Shown: positions 8,643 to 17,936, counted from the first letter of the stretch. The stretch is 64,000 bases of DNA from Candidatus Parcubacteria bacterium (GCA_963814275.1 CAWFCE010000001.1:195307-259306), one strand, 5' to 3'. Numbers and translations: made by a program. The notes: generated by a model from the sequence alone, not told the origin.

Positions 8643-8673
8643 CAGATAACAGATAGCAGAAAACAGATAACAG
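8641..8673. repeat. gataacag word repeat (half hairpin)
   Basis: aacagataacagatagcagaaaacagataacag starts at the permease stop. A short inverse partner atatctgttgtctg lies at 9161-9174, on the other side of ORF 8719-9144. Confidence 0.6.
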
Positions 8674-8718
8674 CCGGGAAGAATATTTATAAAATTATTA
8701 TAATTAAAGTAAATTAAC

Positions 8719-9144
8719 ATGGATGACAAGAAGATTGTAAATAGCGGGGTGGAGTTCGAAAAGGGGCATTTCGATAAGGAATTGGAAAAAATCCATCCGG
8801 AAGGGGAGTTCCCGCTTATCAAGGAACAAAAAGATGAAGACGGGAATATCGAAAGAAGCATTGACGAAGAGGCATTAATGGAATGTATCCATCAGCTGGC
8901 GCTAAAAGGGAGGACAAAAGAAGGGCAATTGCTGAATTATTTCCGGGACGAATTGAAAGTTAACGCAAAAGACAGGAAAGAGATAGTCATGAGGCTTAAG
9001 AAGAAATTTTTACCGGCACTGGACGCAGAGCTGGCCGCTAAAGAGGATAAGGCGCTGCGGGACCGGCAGGAAGCGATCATGGCGATCATCGCGGCGGCGG
9101 AGGCGGAGGAAGCGGAGGAACAGGCAGTGCGGAGGGCAGCATAG
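8719..9144 (+). CDS. hypothetical protein, charged, predicted helical
   Basis: 141-aa ORF with no recognisable domain. Glu/Lys-rich with a C-terminal AAAEAEEAEE run. Confidence 0.5.
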   Translation: MDDKKIVNSGVEFEKGHFDKELEKIHPEGEFPLIKEQKDEDGNIERSIDEEALMECIHQLALKGRTKEGQLLNYFRDELKVNAKDRKEIVMRLKKKFLPALDAELAAKEDKALRDRQEAIMAIIAAAEAEEAEEQAVRRAA

Positions 9145-9212
9145 TATGGATATAATTCACATATCTGTTGTCTGCCATTTTAAGGATTAATGTTTTTCTT
9201 TCCCAAATTATA

Positions 9213-9378
9213 AATTCCAAGCACCAAATAACAAATTCCAAATAAATTAGAAATTACAAATTCAAAATTTCAAAAAAATATCACAATATTATCGGATATT
9301 TTGAAACAATCTCAGTCTTGAATTTGGTATTTTTAATTTGATATTTATTTGGAATTTGGTGCTTGGAATTTGGAATTT
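9213..9378. repeat. palindromic element, copy 3 (ccaaat/atttgg family, divergent core)
   Basis: ccaagcaccaaata[acaa]attccaaataaat ... atttatttggaatttggtgcttgg. Same inverted repeats as copies 1 and 2 but a different interior. Confidence 0.75.
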
Positions 9379-9436
9379 AATTGATACAAATCTCGAATTA
9401 AAATTCGATTAAATAATAAGTAAATTTTTATAAAAT

Positions 9437-10582
9437 ATGGCTAACATAGGCAGTTTATTCGGTTTCGGCGGACCGCCCAAATCGACCGGGCCAGGCACGA
9501 ACAAGCCGCCCAAGGATATATTGTCCGCCAAACCTAAAAATAAAGATAGGGTATTTCGTCAAGTAGATTTCGCCCAGGGCCCTCTGCGCCGGCGTCTGAA
9601 TCAGGAAGAAATAATACTCAGAACCAAGATCAAGGGTAGCGATGAAAGTTTTAAGGAAAACAAGATTAGAAAATTTAAATTGGCCGATATCGTTAAACGG
9701 TCAAAAGATATTGTGGGTAAAAAAGTGAGTAAAGTAATGCGCGATATTGAAAAGGAAAAACATGGATTTACCTATACCGACGAAAAGGGACAGGAGGTCG
9801 AGGTCAAATTCGAGGGTTCGGCCAAAGAAATCAGAAAGCGCAGGGAATTCGCCCACAAATTGATCCCGGAATACGAAGTGGAAGAAACCGGCCCGTCCGC
9901 AGAGCAGAAAGCGCGGATGATCCGTTCCCAGATGAAGGTGTCCGAACTGGGCAGCCACAAAGCGGCTGTACATTTGGACAAAAAGCGGCACGATAAGAGT
10001 CGGGGCGAGAAAAAGGCTGTTGATATGAGCCAGGCGTCTTATAAGCGGCTGGGTATCGAAGGTCAGGCATACGCTATTTCGTCCGAGCAGGCGGCAAAAG
10101 GCAATAAAGAATTCAGCGAAGACGATTTCCGCGATAGCGGCCAGGCTAGCGCCACTTCCGATAAGCAGCAAGGCGCCGCCTCGGTCGTGCAGAGCGAAAA
10201 GACCGCGGCTTCAGTGGGTGAGGGGACCGGCGCGAAAGCCAAGGCGAAAGAAGACAGCGGGCCGGAAGCCATGCCGGCGAAAAGATCCGGAAGCCCCTCA
10301 ATCGTGCCTTTATCTGCGGGCGGGGGCGGTCTGACCGGCCTGATACCCGGAACCAGGCAGCATGACCCCAAGTATATGGATACCGATATCGACTATGTGG
10401 CCAATGATCTCATCGATCCGCATTCCGGCCAGCCGCTTAAGACCAGCATGGATTTCAAGAAATTGGTCGAAGAAAGAAAGCGCCATGACGAAGCGGCCGC
10501 GAATGACAATGACAGCGGGAATATTTTGCCGGCAGACGGCGAGGCGGATGATTATGAGGACGAAGCGAGAAAGGCGGCTTAA
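9437..10582 (+). CDS. hypothetical protein, Lys/Glu-rich, likely disordered
   Basis: 381-aa ORF with no recognisable domain or TM segment. Confidence 0.5.
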   Translation: MANIGSLFGFGGPPKSTGPGTNKPPKDILSAKPKNKDRVFRQVDFAQGPLRRRLNQEEIILRTKIKGSDESFKENKIRKFKLADIVKRSKDIVGKKVSKVMRDIEKEKHGFTYTDEKGQEVEVKFEGSAKEIRKRREFAHKLIPEYEVEETGPSAEQKARMIRSQMKVSELGSHKAAVHLDKKRHDKSRGEKKAVDMSQASYKRLGIEGQAYAISSEQAAKGNKEFSEDDFRDSGQASATSDKQQGAASVVQSEKTAASVGEGTGAKAKAKEDSGPEAMPAKRSGSPSIVPLSAGGGGLTGLIPGTRQHDPKYMDTDIDYVANDLIDPHSGQPLKTSMDFKKLVEERKRHDEAAANDNDSGNILPADGEADDYEDEARKAA

Positions 10583-10700
10583 CATTGTTGTATCGATAAA
10601 ATTATTTTTTGTGAATATTTAAGCAGTTTCAAAAATTCTGTTATTGACAATTTATATTATAAAAAATTTACACAATTGTTGGCTAAAATTATTCAACAGA

Positions 10701-10792
10701 AATAATAAGACATAAGTAAATAAGTAATAAGCGCGTAGCTAAGGCTATTAAAAATTGAAAAGGCTTATTGCTTATGTCTTATTACTTATTAC
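10701..10792. repeat. ataagt/acttat word hairpin
   Basis: aataataagacataagtaaataagtaataagc ... gcttattgcttatgtcttattacttattac form an inverted repeat. Confidence 0.7.
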
Positions 10793-10876
10793 TATTTTGA
10801 AATTATCACGCGGATGAGGATAGTGTCAGAGTAATTATCACTAAACGAATAAATCCCATATTATACCCAAAATATT

Positions 10877-11857
10877 ATGTTATTAACCATTATTCTTTTC
10901 ATCCTCGGTTTCGTTTTTCTGGTCAAAGGAGCCGATATTCTGGTTGAGGGGTCCTCTTCGATCGCCAAGCGCTTCGGGGTGTCGGCCTTTTTCATCGGTT
11001 TGACCGTAGTCGCGTTCGGCACATCCTTGCCGGAACTTATCGTCAGTCTTCTGGCCAGCATCCAGGGCAGCACCGGCATCGCCCTCGGCAACGTGATCGG
11101 TTCCAATATTTCCAACTCGCTCCTGATCCTGGGCGTGTCGGCGATAATAGCGCCCCTGGTCGTGAAAAAAGCGACCATCAGGAAAGAGATCCCTTATACA
11201 TTATTGGCGGTATTGGCGGTCGGATTTTTGGCCAACGACGTTTTGATCGATCATGGCCGGGCCAATACCCTGACGAGAAGCGACGGTCTGATATTAATAT
11301 TGTTTTTTGCCATATTCATGGTCTACACTTTCGGCATTTCCCGCGAAGAAGAAAGCGTCATCGAAAAGGCGGTTGAAGGCATAGCCGGCGACACCAAAGA
11401 ATATGCCACCACCGCCGCGTCGGGCATGATCATCGCCGGGTTGGCGGGATTGTATCTGGGCGGCCGCTGGATCGTCAGCGGCGCGACCGCGATGGCCGCG
11501 GCCGCGGGCATAAGTGAAACCCTGATCGGTCTGACGATCGTGGCAGTGGGCACCAGCTTGCCGGAACTGGCCGCCTCGGTCGTGGCGGCCCGGAAAGGCA
11601 AGACCGATATCGCCATCGGCAACGTCGTCGGTTCGAATATTTTCAACCTCCTGTGGGTGCTGGGCATATCATCTTTTGTATCGCCGATCGCTTTCCAGAC
11701 AATGTTGAATGTCGATTTGGGGCTTTTGTTCCTGATCACGATATTACTGATCATATTGATCTATGTCGGCCGCCGCAATGTCCTGGAAAAAAGGGAGGGA
11801 ATCACTTTGCTGGCGATATACGGCCTTTACCTGATATTCTTGATTTGGCGGGGATGA
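10877..11857 (+). CDS. Ca2+/cation antiporter (CaCA, YrbG-like)
   Basis: 326 aa with about 10 TM segments. Two alpha-repeat motifs, GNVIGSNISNSLLILG and GNVVGSNIFNLLWVLG. Confidence 0.85.
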   Translation: MLLTIILFILGFVFLVKGADILVEGSSSIAKRFGVSAFFIGLTVVAFGTSLPELIVSLLASIQGSTGIALGNVIGSNISNSLLILGVSAIIAPLVVKKATIRKEIPYTLLAVLAVGFLANDVLIDHGRANTLTRSDGLILILFFAIFMVYTFGISREEESVIEKAVEGIAGDTKEYATTAASGMIIAGLAGLYLGGRWIVSGATAMAAAAGISETLIGLTIVAVGTSLPELAASVVAARKGKTDIAIGNVVGSNIFNLLWVLGISSFVSPIAFQTMLNVDLGLLFLITILLIILIYVGRRNVLEKREGITLLAIYGLYLIFLIWRG

Positions 11858-11963
11858 TATGCTAAGGTTTAATTCGGATACGGGGATCAGGGAACGTAAA
11901 TCGTATCTATGCCCGTAATAAACGATTTTCGATCCCTGGTTTACGATTTATGAAACAAAACAA

Positions 11964-12782
11964 ATGATACGTATTAAAACGAAAGAAGAATTGAAGATAC
12001 TAAGGGAGGGCGGCAGGAAATTGGCCGCTATTTTAGACGCGGTCGCGAAGCTTGTCCAGCCCGGGGTCGACACCGGGCAATTGGAAGAGGAAGCGATCAG
12101 GCTATACGCGGAATTCGGCGGCCGGCCGGCGTTCAAGGGGCTCAAAATGCCCGATGACGAGGTTTTTCCGACTGCGTTATGCACATCGATCAATGACGAA
12201 GTCGTCCACGCGCCCGCTTTGCCGGCGCGGGTGCTCAAAAACGGCGATATCGTCAAGGTCGATCTGGGACTGGAATATCCCTGTCCGAATACGGGCAAGC
12301 CGCGCAACCGATTCTCGCCCGGAGGGGGCTATTATACCGATATTTGCCGGACCGTGATCGTGGGCGAAGCGGGGGAAGAGGTCGCGAAACTGGTCAAAGC
12401 GACGCTGGAAAGCCTCTATGCCGGCATCAAGCAAGTCAAGCCGGGCAAGACCCTGAACGATATCGGCACGGCCATCCAGGATTACGCGGAATCACGCGGC
12501 TATTCGATCGTCCGGGAGCTGGTTGGCCATGGTGTCGGACACGAGGTGCACGAAGCGCCCCATGTCCCCAACTACAGGATAACCGACCGCAGCCTGAAGA
12601 ATGAGGTTTTGCGGCCCGGCATGGTACTGGCGATCGAACCGATGGTCAATATCGGCTCGTGGCAAGTGGAAACGGCCGATGACGGCTTTACTTTTGTGAC
12701 CGCGGACCGCAGCCTCTCGGCCCAATTCGAGCACACTGTGGCGGTAACGGATAAGGGATGCGAGATTTTGACACTGCCATAA
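11964..12782 (+). CDS. map: type I methionine aminopeptidase
   Basis: 272 aa. DIVKVDLG, GHGVG...HE.P.V.NY and EPM motifs (metal ligands). Confidence 0.95.
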   Translation: MIRIKTKEELKILREGGRKLAAILDAVAKLVQPGVDTGQLEEEAIRLYAEFGGRPAFKGLKMPDDEVFPTALCTSINDEVVHAPALPARVLKNGDIVKVDLGLEYPCPNTGKPRNRFSPGGGYYTDICRTVIVGEAGEEVAKLVKATLESLYAGIKQVKPGKTLNDIGTAIQDYAESRGYSIVRELVGHGVGHEVHEAPHVPNYRITDRSLKNEVLRPGMVLAIEPMVNIGSWQVETADDGFTFVTADRSLSAQFEHTVAVTDKGCEILTLP

Positions 12783-12794
12783 ATTAATTTTTGA

Positions 12795-12990
12795 ATTATA
12801 ATTTCTAATTTCCTGCCGGTAGGCAGGGCAGGCAGGCTAAACAAATCCAAATTTTTCAAATCCCAAATTTGAAATTTAGGATGTAATAGTTGGCACTTAT
12901 TTTATTGTTTGATAATTAGAATTTGGTATATTCGAATTTGTTTAGAATTTAGATATTAGAAATTAGTATTTGTGGAATATTTGGAATATC
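12795..12990. repeat. word-repeat spacer (cctgcc/ggcagg hairpin, then ccaaat/atttgg vocabulary)
   Basis: cctgccggtaggcagggcaggcagg is followed by aaatccaaatttttcaaatcccaaatttgaaattt ... gaatttggtatattcgaatttgtttagaattt. Confidence 0.5.
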
Positions 12991-13017
12991 GGTTTACGAA
13001 TTATTTAAAAACACATT

Positions 13018-13410
13018 ATGCCGCAAACAGAAAAAAGGTACCTTGGAGTGGATTGGGGGGAGAAGCGCATCGGTTTGGCATTGGGCGACAGTACGGTGCG
13101 GCTAGCTTCACCGTTTAAAACCGTAAATTCGTTAAAGGAGCTTCTGGCTGTTTTAAACGAAGAGAATATAGACGAGGTCGTGATCGGCCGGCCGGTAAAA
13201 ATGTCGGGAGAGAAGCTTAACTTGACTAAAGAGTACTTGGAATTTCTCGGTAATTTAAATAAACTGATCGATCTGCCGGTAATCGAAATCGATGAACGCC
13301 TGACCAGCAAACAGGGGGACTCGCTTCCGGGCGGAAAGAAAATCAAGGCTAATCGCGATGAGATTGCCGCTATGTTGATTTTACAAACCCATTTGGATGG
13401 TTTGAGCTAA
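13018..13410 (+). CDS. ruvX: Holliday junction resolvase-like protein RuvX/YqgF
   Basis: 130 aa. N-terminal YLGVDWGEKRIGLALGD and the DER.TS motif. Confidence 0.85.
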   Translation: MPQTEKRYLGVDWGEKRIGLALGDSTVRLASPFKTVNSLKELLAVLNEENIDEVVIGRPVKMSGEKLNLTKEYLEFLGNLNKLIDLPVIEIDERLTSKQGDSLPGGKKIKANRDEIAAMLILQTHLDGLS

Positions 13411-13411
13411 T

Positions 13412-14128
13412 ATGCAGAAAACATTCATCACTGACGTTATCGTCTTGAAACGGGTGCCTTTCCGGGAACGCGACAGCCGCGTTATCGTCTATAGTGAAGA
13501 CCAGGGGCTGATGGTCCTGATAGCGCGCGGTACCCGAGATCTCGGTTCGAAGATGGCCGGCCACCTGGAACCGCTGACACGGACCAGAATAATGGTGGTC
13601 AAGGGCAAGCGTTTCGACTATATCGGCAGCGCCGTCAACCTGTCTGCTTGGCCGGGTATTAAAAGCAATTTCGAAAAAACAGCGGCGGTCGGCAAGGCGA
13701 TAGCATTTTTTCTCCGTTTTATCAAAGAAGGAGTTAGCGACGAGATTTTGTTTGCCTGGCTGATCAAATATTTCGATTCCCTCGAGAATATGGCCGCAGA
13801 GGCGCTGGATCCATCCCTGCCGGCCAGTTTGGTTATTTTGAAAATATTATCCCGCTTGGGCTATAAGCCGGATCTCGGACATTGCGCGGTCTGCCGCCGG
13901 CCGGTGGAATCAGCCGCATATTATTTCGATCCCGGCCAGGGCGGACTGGTTTGCCCGGCACATAAAAAGGGCGGACAAAATACGGCATATCTTTCAATAG
14001 ATACGATAAATTTGCTAAAATCAGCAATAAATAACGATATTTGCACTTTTACAAAAATTTCGTCAACCAAAAAAACCGCCCAAGAAGCGATCAAGGTGAT
14101 CGCGATATATATGGATTACATCCAGTAA
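13412..14128 (+). CDS. recO: DNA repair protein RecO
   Basis: 238 aa. OB-fold N-terminus (..VLKR.PFRE.D..V.) and the zinc motif C.VC....(n)..LVCP.H. Confidence 0.85.
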   Translation: MQKTFITDVIVLKRVPFRERDSRVIVYSEDQGLMVLIARGTRDLGSKMAGHLEPLTRTRIMVVKGKRFDYIGSAVNLSAWPGIKSNFEKTAAVGKAIAFFLRFIKEGVSDEILFAWLIKYFDSLENMAAEALDPSLPASLVILKILSRLGYKPDLGHCAVCRRPVESAAYYFDPGQGGLVCPAHKKGGQNTAYLSIDTINLLKSAINNDICTFTKISSTKKTAQEAIKVIAIYMDYIQ

Positions 14129-14153
14129 CTTTTTAAAGTGAGAGGAGAATGAG

Positions 14154-15032
14154 ATGAGAAGAGAATTGAATTTCGAGGATTTGGAGGAATTGGAAGGTTT
14201 ATGCCTGGATGAGGATGAAAACAGTACCGTGGAAGAATTTTTCAAGAACAAAAATGGGCGGGCAGGCTCTGTTTTGCGGCAAGAATCGGAGATCTATAAT
14301 ATGCTGGAGAAAAGGCAAAAAAGAAAGGGGACAAAAAAGAAAGAGCCGGTAAAAACGGAAATAGAAGAGTTTTTCGTTAAAGGGGTGAAGCTCATTACGG
14401 TAGAACTGCCGCACGGCAAAATAATGCGGATGATCGACATCGAAATGGCGGAAATCCCGATTGAGACGATCCGGAAGGAACTGGCCGGCGATGAAGCGTC
14501 CGAAAAAGATTGCCCGTTCTATATGGCATGTCAGAAAATACGGAAGGTGGCACGCTTCCGGGAGCCAGCCTGCGCCAATAATTGTGAAGCGCTTGACCTG
14601 CCGGACAAACTTTTCGATCCGGTAAAAAAGGAATTTGCGGATGAATCCGGGATACGGAGCGCGATCGCTTTCGGCACTATCAAGGTGTACTGCGACTGTG
14701 TTGCCGTAGTGATAAAAAACGCCGCCCCTATTTATCGGGTCAACAGGATTAATCTGGGCACGAAATGCCATCCCTGGCGTTTCGTATCTGCGCCCAAAGC
14801 CATTCCGGCAAAGAAAACCCCTACTCTGCGCAAAATCAAGAAACCGCCGGAGAAGAAAGCCGATTATCTGATGAAACTCGATGGTTCCCGCCGTCTTCTG
14901 AAAAATAAAACTCTTAAGGAAGCTGTAGGTTGGGTAAAAAAATTTCAGAAAAAAGCGACAGGCACCATCCGGCTTTACGAACTGATCGAAGAGGGAGGGG
15001 CTATTACAGAGAAGAAAATAAACAAGGCCTGA
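14154..15032 (+). CDS. hypothetical Cys-rich protein (orphan)
   Basis: 292-aa ORF. SD gaggag at 14142-14147. Cysteine clusters CPFYMAC..(13)..CANNC and YCDC. Lys-rich C-terminal third. No recognisable domain. Confidence 0.6.
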   Translation: MRRELNFEDLEELEGLCLDEDENSTVEEFFKNKNGRAGSVLRQESEIYNMLEKRQKRKGTKKKEPVKTEIEEFFVKGVKLITVELPHGKIMRMIDIEMAEIPIETIRKELAGDEASEKDCPFYMACQKIRKVARFREPACANNCEALDLPDKLFDPVKKEFADESGIRSAIAFGTIKVYCDCVAVVIKNAAPIYRVNRINLGTKCHPWRFVSAPKAIPAKKTPTLRKIKKPPEKKADYLMKLDGSRRLLKNKTLKEAVGWVKKFQKKATGTIRLYELIEEGGAITEKKINKA

Positions 15033-15231
15033 CTGGTCTGGGCAAATTTGAAAAATGACAAATAATAAGGGGCTATGCATATTAATGCGCTGGCCCTTTT
15101 TTATTGACAGGGTTTGATAATTATTCTAATATTAAAATAATTTAGGCTTTTTATCGACAATCGAAGGGAATTAGCCCCGTTCTTTTTATTTAAATATCAA
15201 ACGCGAACCCACCCGTAAAGGAGGTGATGAT

Positions 15232-17406
15232 ATGGATAAAACTGAAGTGTATTTGAAACAGGAGCTTTGGGTAAAAAATGAAGCCGGTGAAATCTTGATC
15301 AACCCTTGCCATATCAAGGTGGTCGGATCGAATACCATACCGGAGTACCGTGAATTTCGGAAAAAATGTTCATTTTCCCCCTGTGTTGTATCCTTTTTCT
15401 GCAGTTATATTTCCGAAAAGAAGTTGAAGATAAACTCTCTGCGTCTTAGGGAGAGGTGCCTGCGCTGCGCGATGTGGAAGATGATCAACGACGAAGAAGG
15501 GCAAGGAAGAGTGGCCCGGGATATCGCCGAGCTCTATGGAGAAAGGGAACGGCAGTGGAAGAATACCCTGGGTATGATAGAAGTAAGCAACGGCAATGGC
15601 GAGCCGATCTTCAGCTGCAAATCCAATAGGAAAAAGCCGGTTGATGACGGCCATCCGAACGGCTTGACTGACGGCCAAGCCTTGGATTTGTTGCAACTAT
15701 CGGACAAAGCTTCAAAAAGGAAAAAAGATGAATTTTGGCAGAAATTCAAAGCCGGGAAGGAGAAAAAAATGGAATTCGTACAGATCATCAGGTACGCGGC
15801 AGTTTATCTGAAAATAAACGGGATAAACCTGTTGACGATCTCTTTCCACAAGCTGGGATCGGCGATGAACGGGTATCCTACGGCATGTTTCGCCAGATTC
15901 AGGGATCTCGCGATTTGGATCAAATGTCCATGTCGTGAGGTATTTTGCCAGCCGGTTGCCGAATTTTACGGCAACAAAGCAAAGCATAATTGCTTGCATT
16001 GCTGGGTTTTCCACAATCGTGCGTCGCCGCTTGTTGCTGAATGCGCGGAAATATTGAAAGCCTTATTCGCTAACGGGCGCCTCGAATTTGAATTGAAAAA
16101 GGGTGAATTTATAAACCTGCAGACAGACAAAGCGGCTATCCCCGTCTATCAATTCGATTTGGAGCGGGAAGAGCCGGAGATTTTGGCTGAAGGCGATTTT
16201 TCCGCCCCTGATCTGGCACCCGTCAAAGAATTCATAAAATGTTATTTCGCGCCCAAACCGGCAGCGGCACTCCGGAACGAAAACAGCGACCAATCGCGTC
16301 CCGCCGGCAGCAAGGGCATCCGGGCGGGACAGATTGCCAAAATGGAACCGGATTCAGGCGGTGATAATGAAAAACCGGGCGATGAAAACATTACCGCCAA
16401 GACAGGAGAGGAAGAAGATATGACCGTTAATAAAAAAATTGGAAAGACCGGTGAAGTGAAAAAGGGAAGGAGGCACGCGTATTATCTGGTGTTTCCGGAC
16501 AAGAGCACAGAATTGTTGCCGGAGGCGAAAAATCTGGGACAAGCGGCGACAACGCTGCTCGAAAGAGAAAAACAGGATAGCATCAGCTTCCTGCTCTATA
16601 GCGAATGCGATAACGGGAAAAAGAAGACTTTCACCCGCAAGGAAATCGTCGCTGCGTACGCGCTTGATCCGGATATCAAACGCAAGTTTGGCAAAAACAA
16701 GAAAGAATCCTGGATCGATTTCCGTCCCGAAGGGCGTGTCGGCCGCGTAAAAAAGACCAGGCTGTCCCAAGTGGAAGCGATTGGCCGATCCCTGGCCGAT
16801 GAACTGGCAGTAATTGTCGAGGCCTGGTGGATCACCTATAATCCGACAACTGAGAAGCGGATCGGCAGTTTTGTTCCGAGGAGTCAGCCGGCGGCGCGGG
16901 AAGCGGAAGCTATGGCCGTATCTCCGGTTGAAAACGGGAATGAAACGGGAAACGATACCAGCATCGTGGATGCGGACAAACCGCCCGTCGAAGCGGAGAC
17001 AGTGGCCGCCGCCCCGCCCGCCGGTGAAAACAAAAACGCCGTTGTATACCAACCGCCGGCAGATGACAGGCCTCTGGGGTTATCACCTATCCGGGCGACG
17101 TGCAAATCCATCGGCGAGCTGATCGCCGAAATCCTCAACAACGGACATAACGGCGGCCATGACGCGAGGGAATTCTGCAATATCCGGTCTCATTCGGGCC
17201 GGGCGATCAATCTCTGTTATGTTGATCAGGAAAAAGCCCGGGAGTCCGTAGAGGCGCTGGCCGCGCTTTCACCGAACTCGCTACGCCTGGAAGTGGTAAA
17301 TCTCACGCCCAGTATGCAAAAAGATCTTATCAACAGCTTGGTGGCCATGGTGGGTGTATTGACGGACCAGCTGAATGCGGCCAAACAGCCATTGCTTCCG
17401 GAGTAG
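15232..17406 (+). CDS. hypothetical large Cys-rich protein (orphan)
   Basis: 724-aa ORF. Strong SD aaggaggtga at 15218-15227. CxxC and CPCREVFC..(14)..CLHC clusters in the N-terminal half. Acidic linker. No recognisable catalytic motif. Confidence 0.65.
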   Translation: MDKTEVYLKQELWVKNEAGEILINPCHIKVVGSNTIPEYREFRKKCSFSPCVVSFFCSYISEKKLKINSLRLRERCLRCAMWKMINDEEGQGRVARDIAELYGERERQWKNTLGMIEVSNGNGEPIFSCKSNRKKPVDDGHPNGLTDGQALDLLQLSDKASKRKKDEFWQKFKAGKEKKMEFVQIIRYAAVYLKINGINLLTISFHKLGSAMNGYPTACFARFRDLAIWIKCPCREVFCQPVAEFYGNKAKHNCLHCWVFHNRASPLVAECAEILKALFANGRLEFELKKGEFINLQTDKAAIPVYQFDLEREEPEILAEGDFSAPDLAPVKEFIKCYFAPKPAAALRNENSDQSRPAGSKGIRAGQIAKMEPDSGGDNEKPGDENITAKTGEEEDMTVNKKIGKTGEVKKGRRHAYYLVFPDKSTELLPEAKNLGQAATTLLEREKQDSISFLLYSECDNGKKKTFTRKEIVAAYALDPDIKRKFGKNKKESWIDFRPEGRVGRVKKTRLSQVEAIGRSLADELAVIVEAWWITYNPTTEKRIGSFVPRSQPAAREAEAMAVSPVENGNETGNDTSIVDADKPPVEAETVAAAPPAGENKNAVVYQPPADDRPLGLSPIRATCKSIGELIAEILNNGHNGGHDAREFCNIRSHSGRAINLCYVDQEKARESVEALAALSPNSLRLEVVNLTPSMQKDLINSLVAMVGVLTDQLNAAKQPLLPE

Positions 17407-17437
17407 TTTGATATTTTCATTTTGTTTTTCAAACCCT

Positions 17438-17474
17438 AAAGGGGCAGCCGCATTAGCCGCGGCCGCCCCTTTAT
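17438..17474 (+). terminator. intrinsic terminator after ORF 15232-17406
   Basis: aaaggggcagccgc-atta-gccgcggccgccccttt GC-rich stem followed by tttatt. Confidence 0.6.
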
Positions 17475-17476
17475 TC

Positions 17477-17505
17477 TTGACTATTTTTCGTAATTTCTTT
17501 ATAAT
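17477..17505 (+). promoter_or_regulatory. sigma70-type promoter for the T-box leader
   Basis: TTGACT (17477-17482), 17-nt spacer, TATAAT (17500-17505). Confidence 0.55.
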
Positions 17506-17511
17506 AGATTT

Positions 17512-17785
17512 ACAACTTATAAAGCTGTTTGATCCCGGCTGACACCGGGGAATCCTGATTATCGATGATTATCAGGGCGGCGCAGGAAGAAATCCCGGTA
17601 ATTCGGGAGAGTAGAACCTGCCGGGTGCGCCCGTAATAGCGTTAAAAGCGGCCCTGTCGAAGCGTAGTGCGTTACGCTCGAAGTATTGGGAATAAGGGTG
17701 GTACCGCGGATGTTAAACCGAGTAAAGGTAAAACGTTCGTCCCTGTATATCATGATTTGTGGTATATGGAGACGGACGGTTTTTG
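17512..17785 (+). promoter_or_regulatory. T-box riboswitch leader (tRNA-sensing transcription attenuator) upstream of aspS
   Basis: Conserved T-box sequence aataaGGGTGGTACCGCGg at 17691-17709. AGAGTA element at 17606-17611. Terminator stem 17734-17778 plus TTTTT at 17780-17784. Located 5' of an aminoacyl-tRNA synthetase gene. Confidence 0.75.
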
Positions 17786-17787
17786 TT

Positions 17788-17870
17788 AGATAACAGATAG
17801 CAGATAACAGACGACAGTAAGATGCCTTAGATTCGTCTGTTATCTGTTATCTTCTATCTGTTGTCTTTTT
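17788..17870. repeat. gataacag word hairpin between the T-box terminator and aspS
   Basis: agataacagatagcagataacagacga ... tcgtctgttatctgttatcttctatctgttgtct, followed by ttttt. Confidence 0.75.
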
Positions 17871-17936
17871 AATTTATAATAATTATTTTAATAATAATTT
17901 TCCCGTTTTGGAATAACCGGAAAATTAAATGCAAAC

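Noticed and set aside
14199-15080. Very long antisense ORFs mirror real genes. Examples: 14199-15080, 2073-3005 (secY), 18690-19562 (aspS), 20461-21192 (asnS), 22785-23732, 30676-31743 (fba), 37592-38386 and 16354-17052.
   Set aside because: Each lies fully inside a sense-strand gene with clear homology or better start signals. Their translations are low-complexity (Arg/Phe/Ile/Leu-rich) with no motifs. Open antisense frames are a known by-product of codon bias. Their abundance is noted but there is no evidence for coding.
14154-17406. Prophage or defence-island interpretation of the orphan two-gene module.
   Set aside because: No integrase, terminase, capsid, nuclease, ATPase or methyltransferase motif was recognisable in or next to the module. 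It is left as unknown function rather than assigned.
17559-17753. 64-aa minus-strand ORF upstream of aspS.
   Set aside because: It lies entirely within the T-box leader, and the conserved T-box and terminator elements explain the region better.
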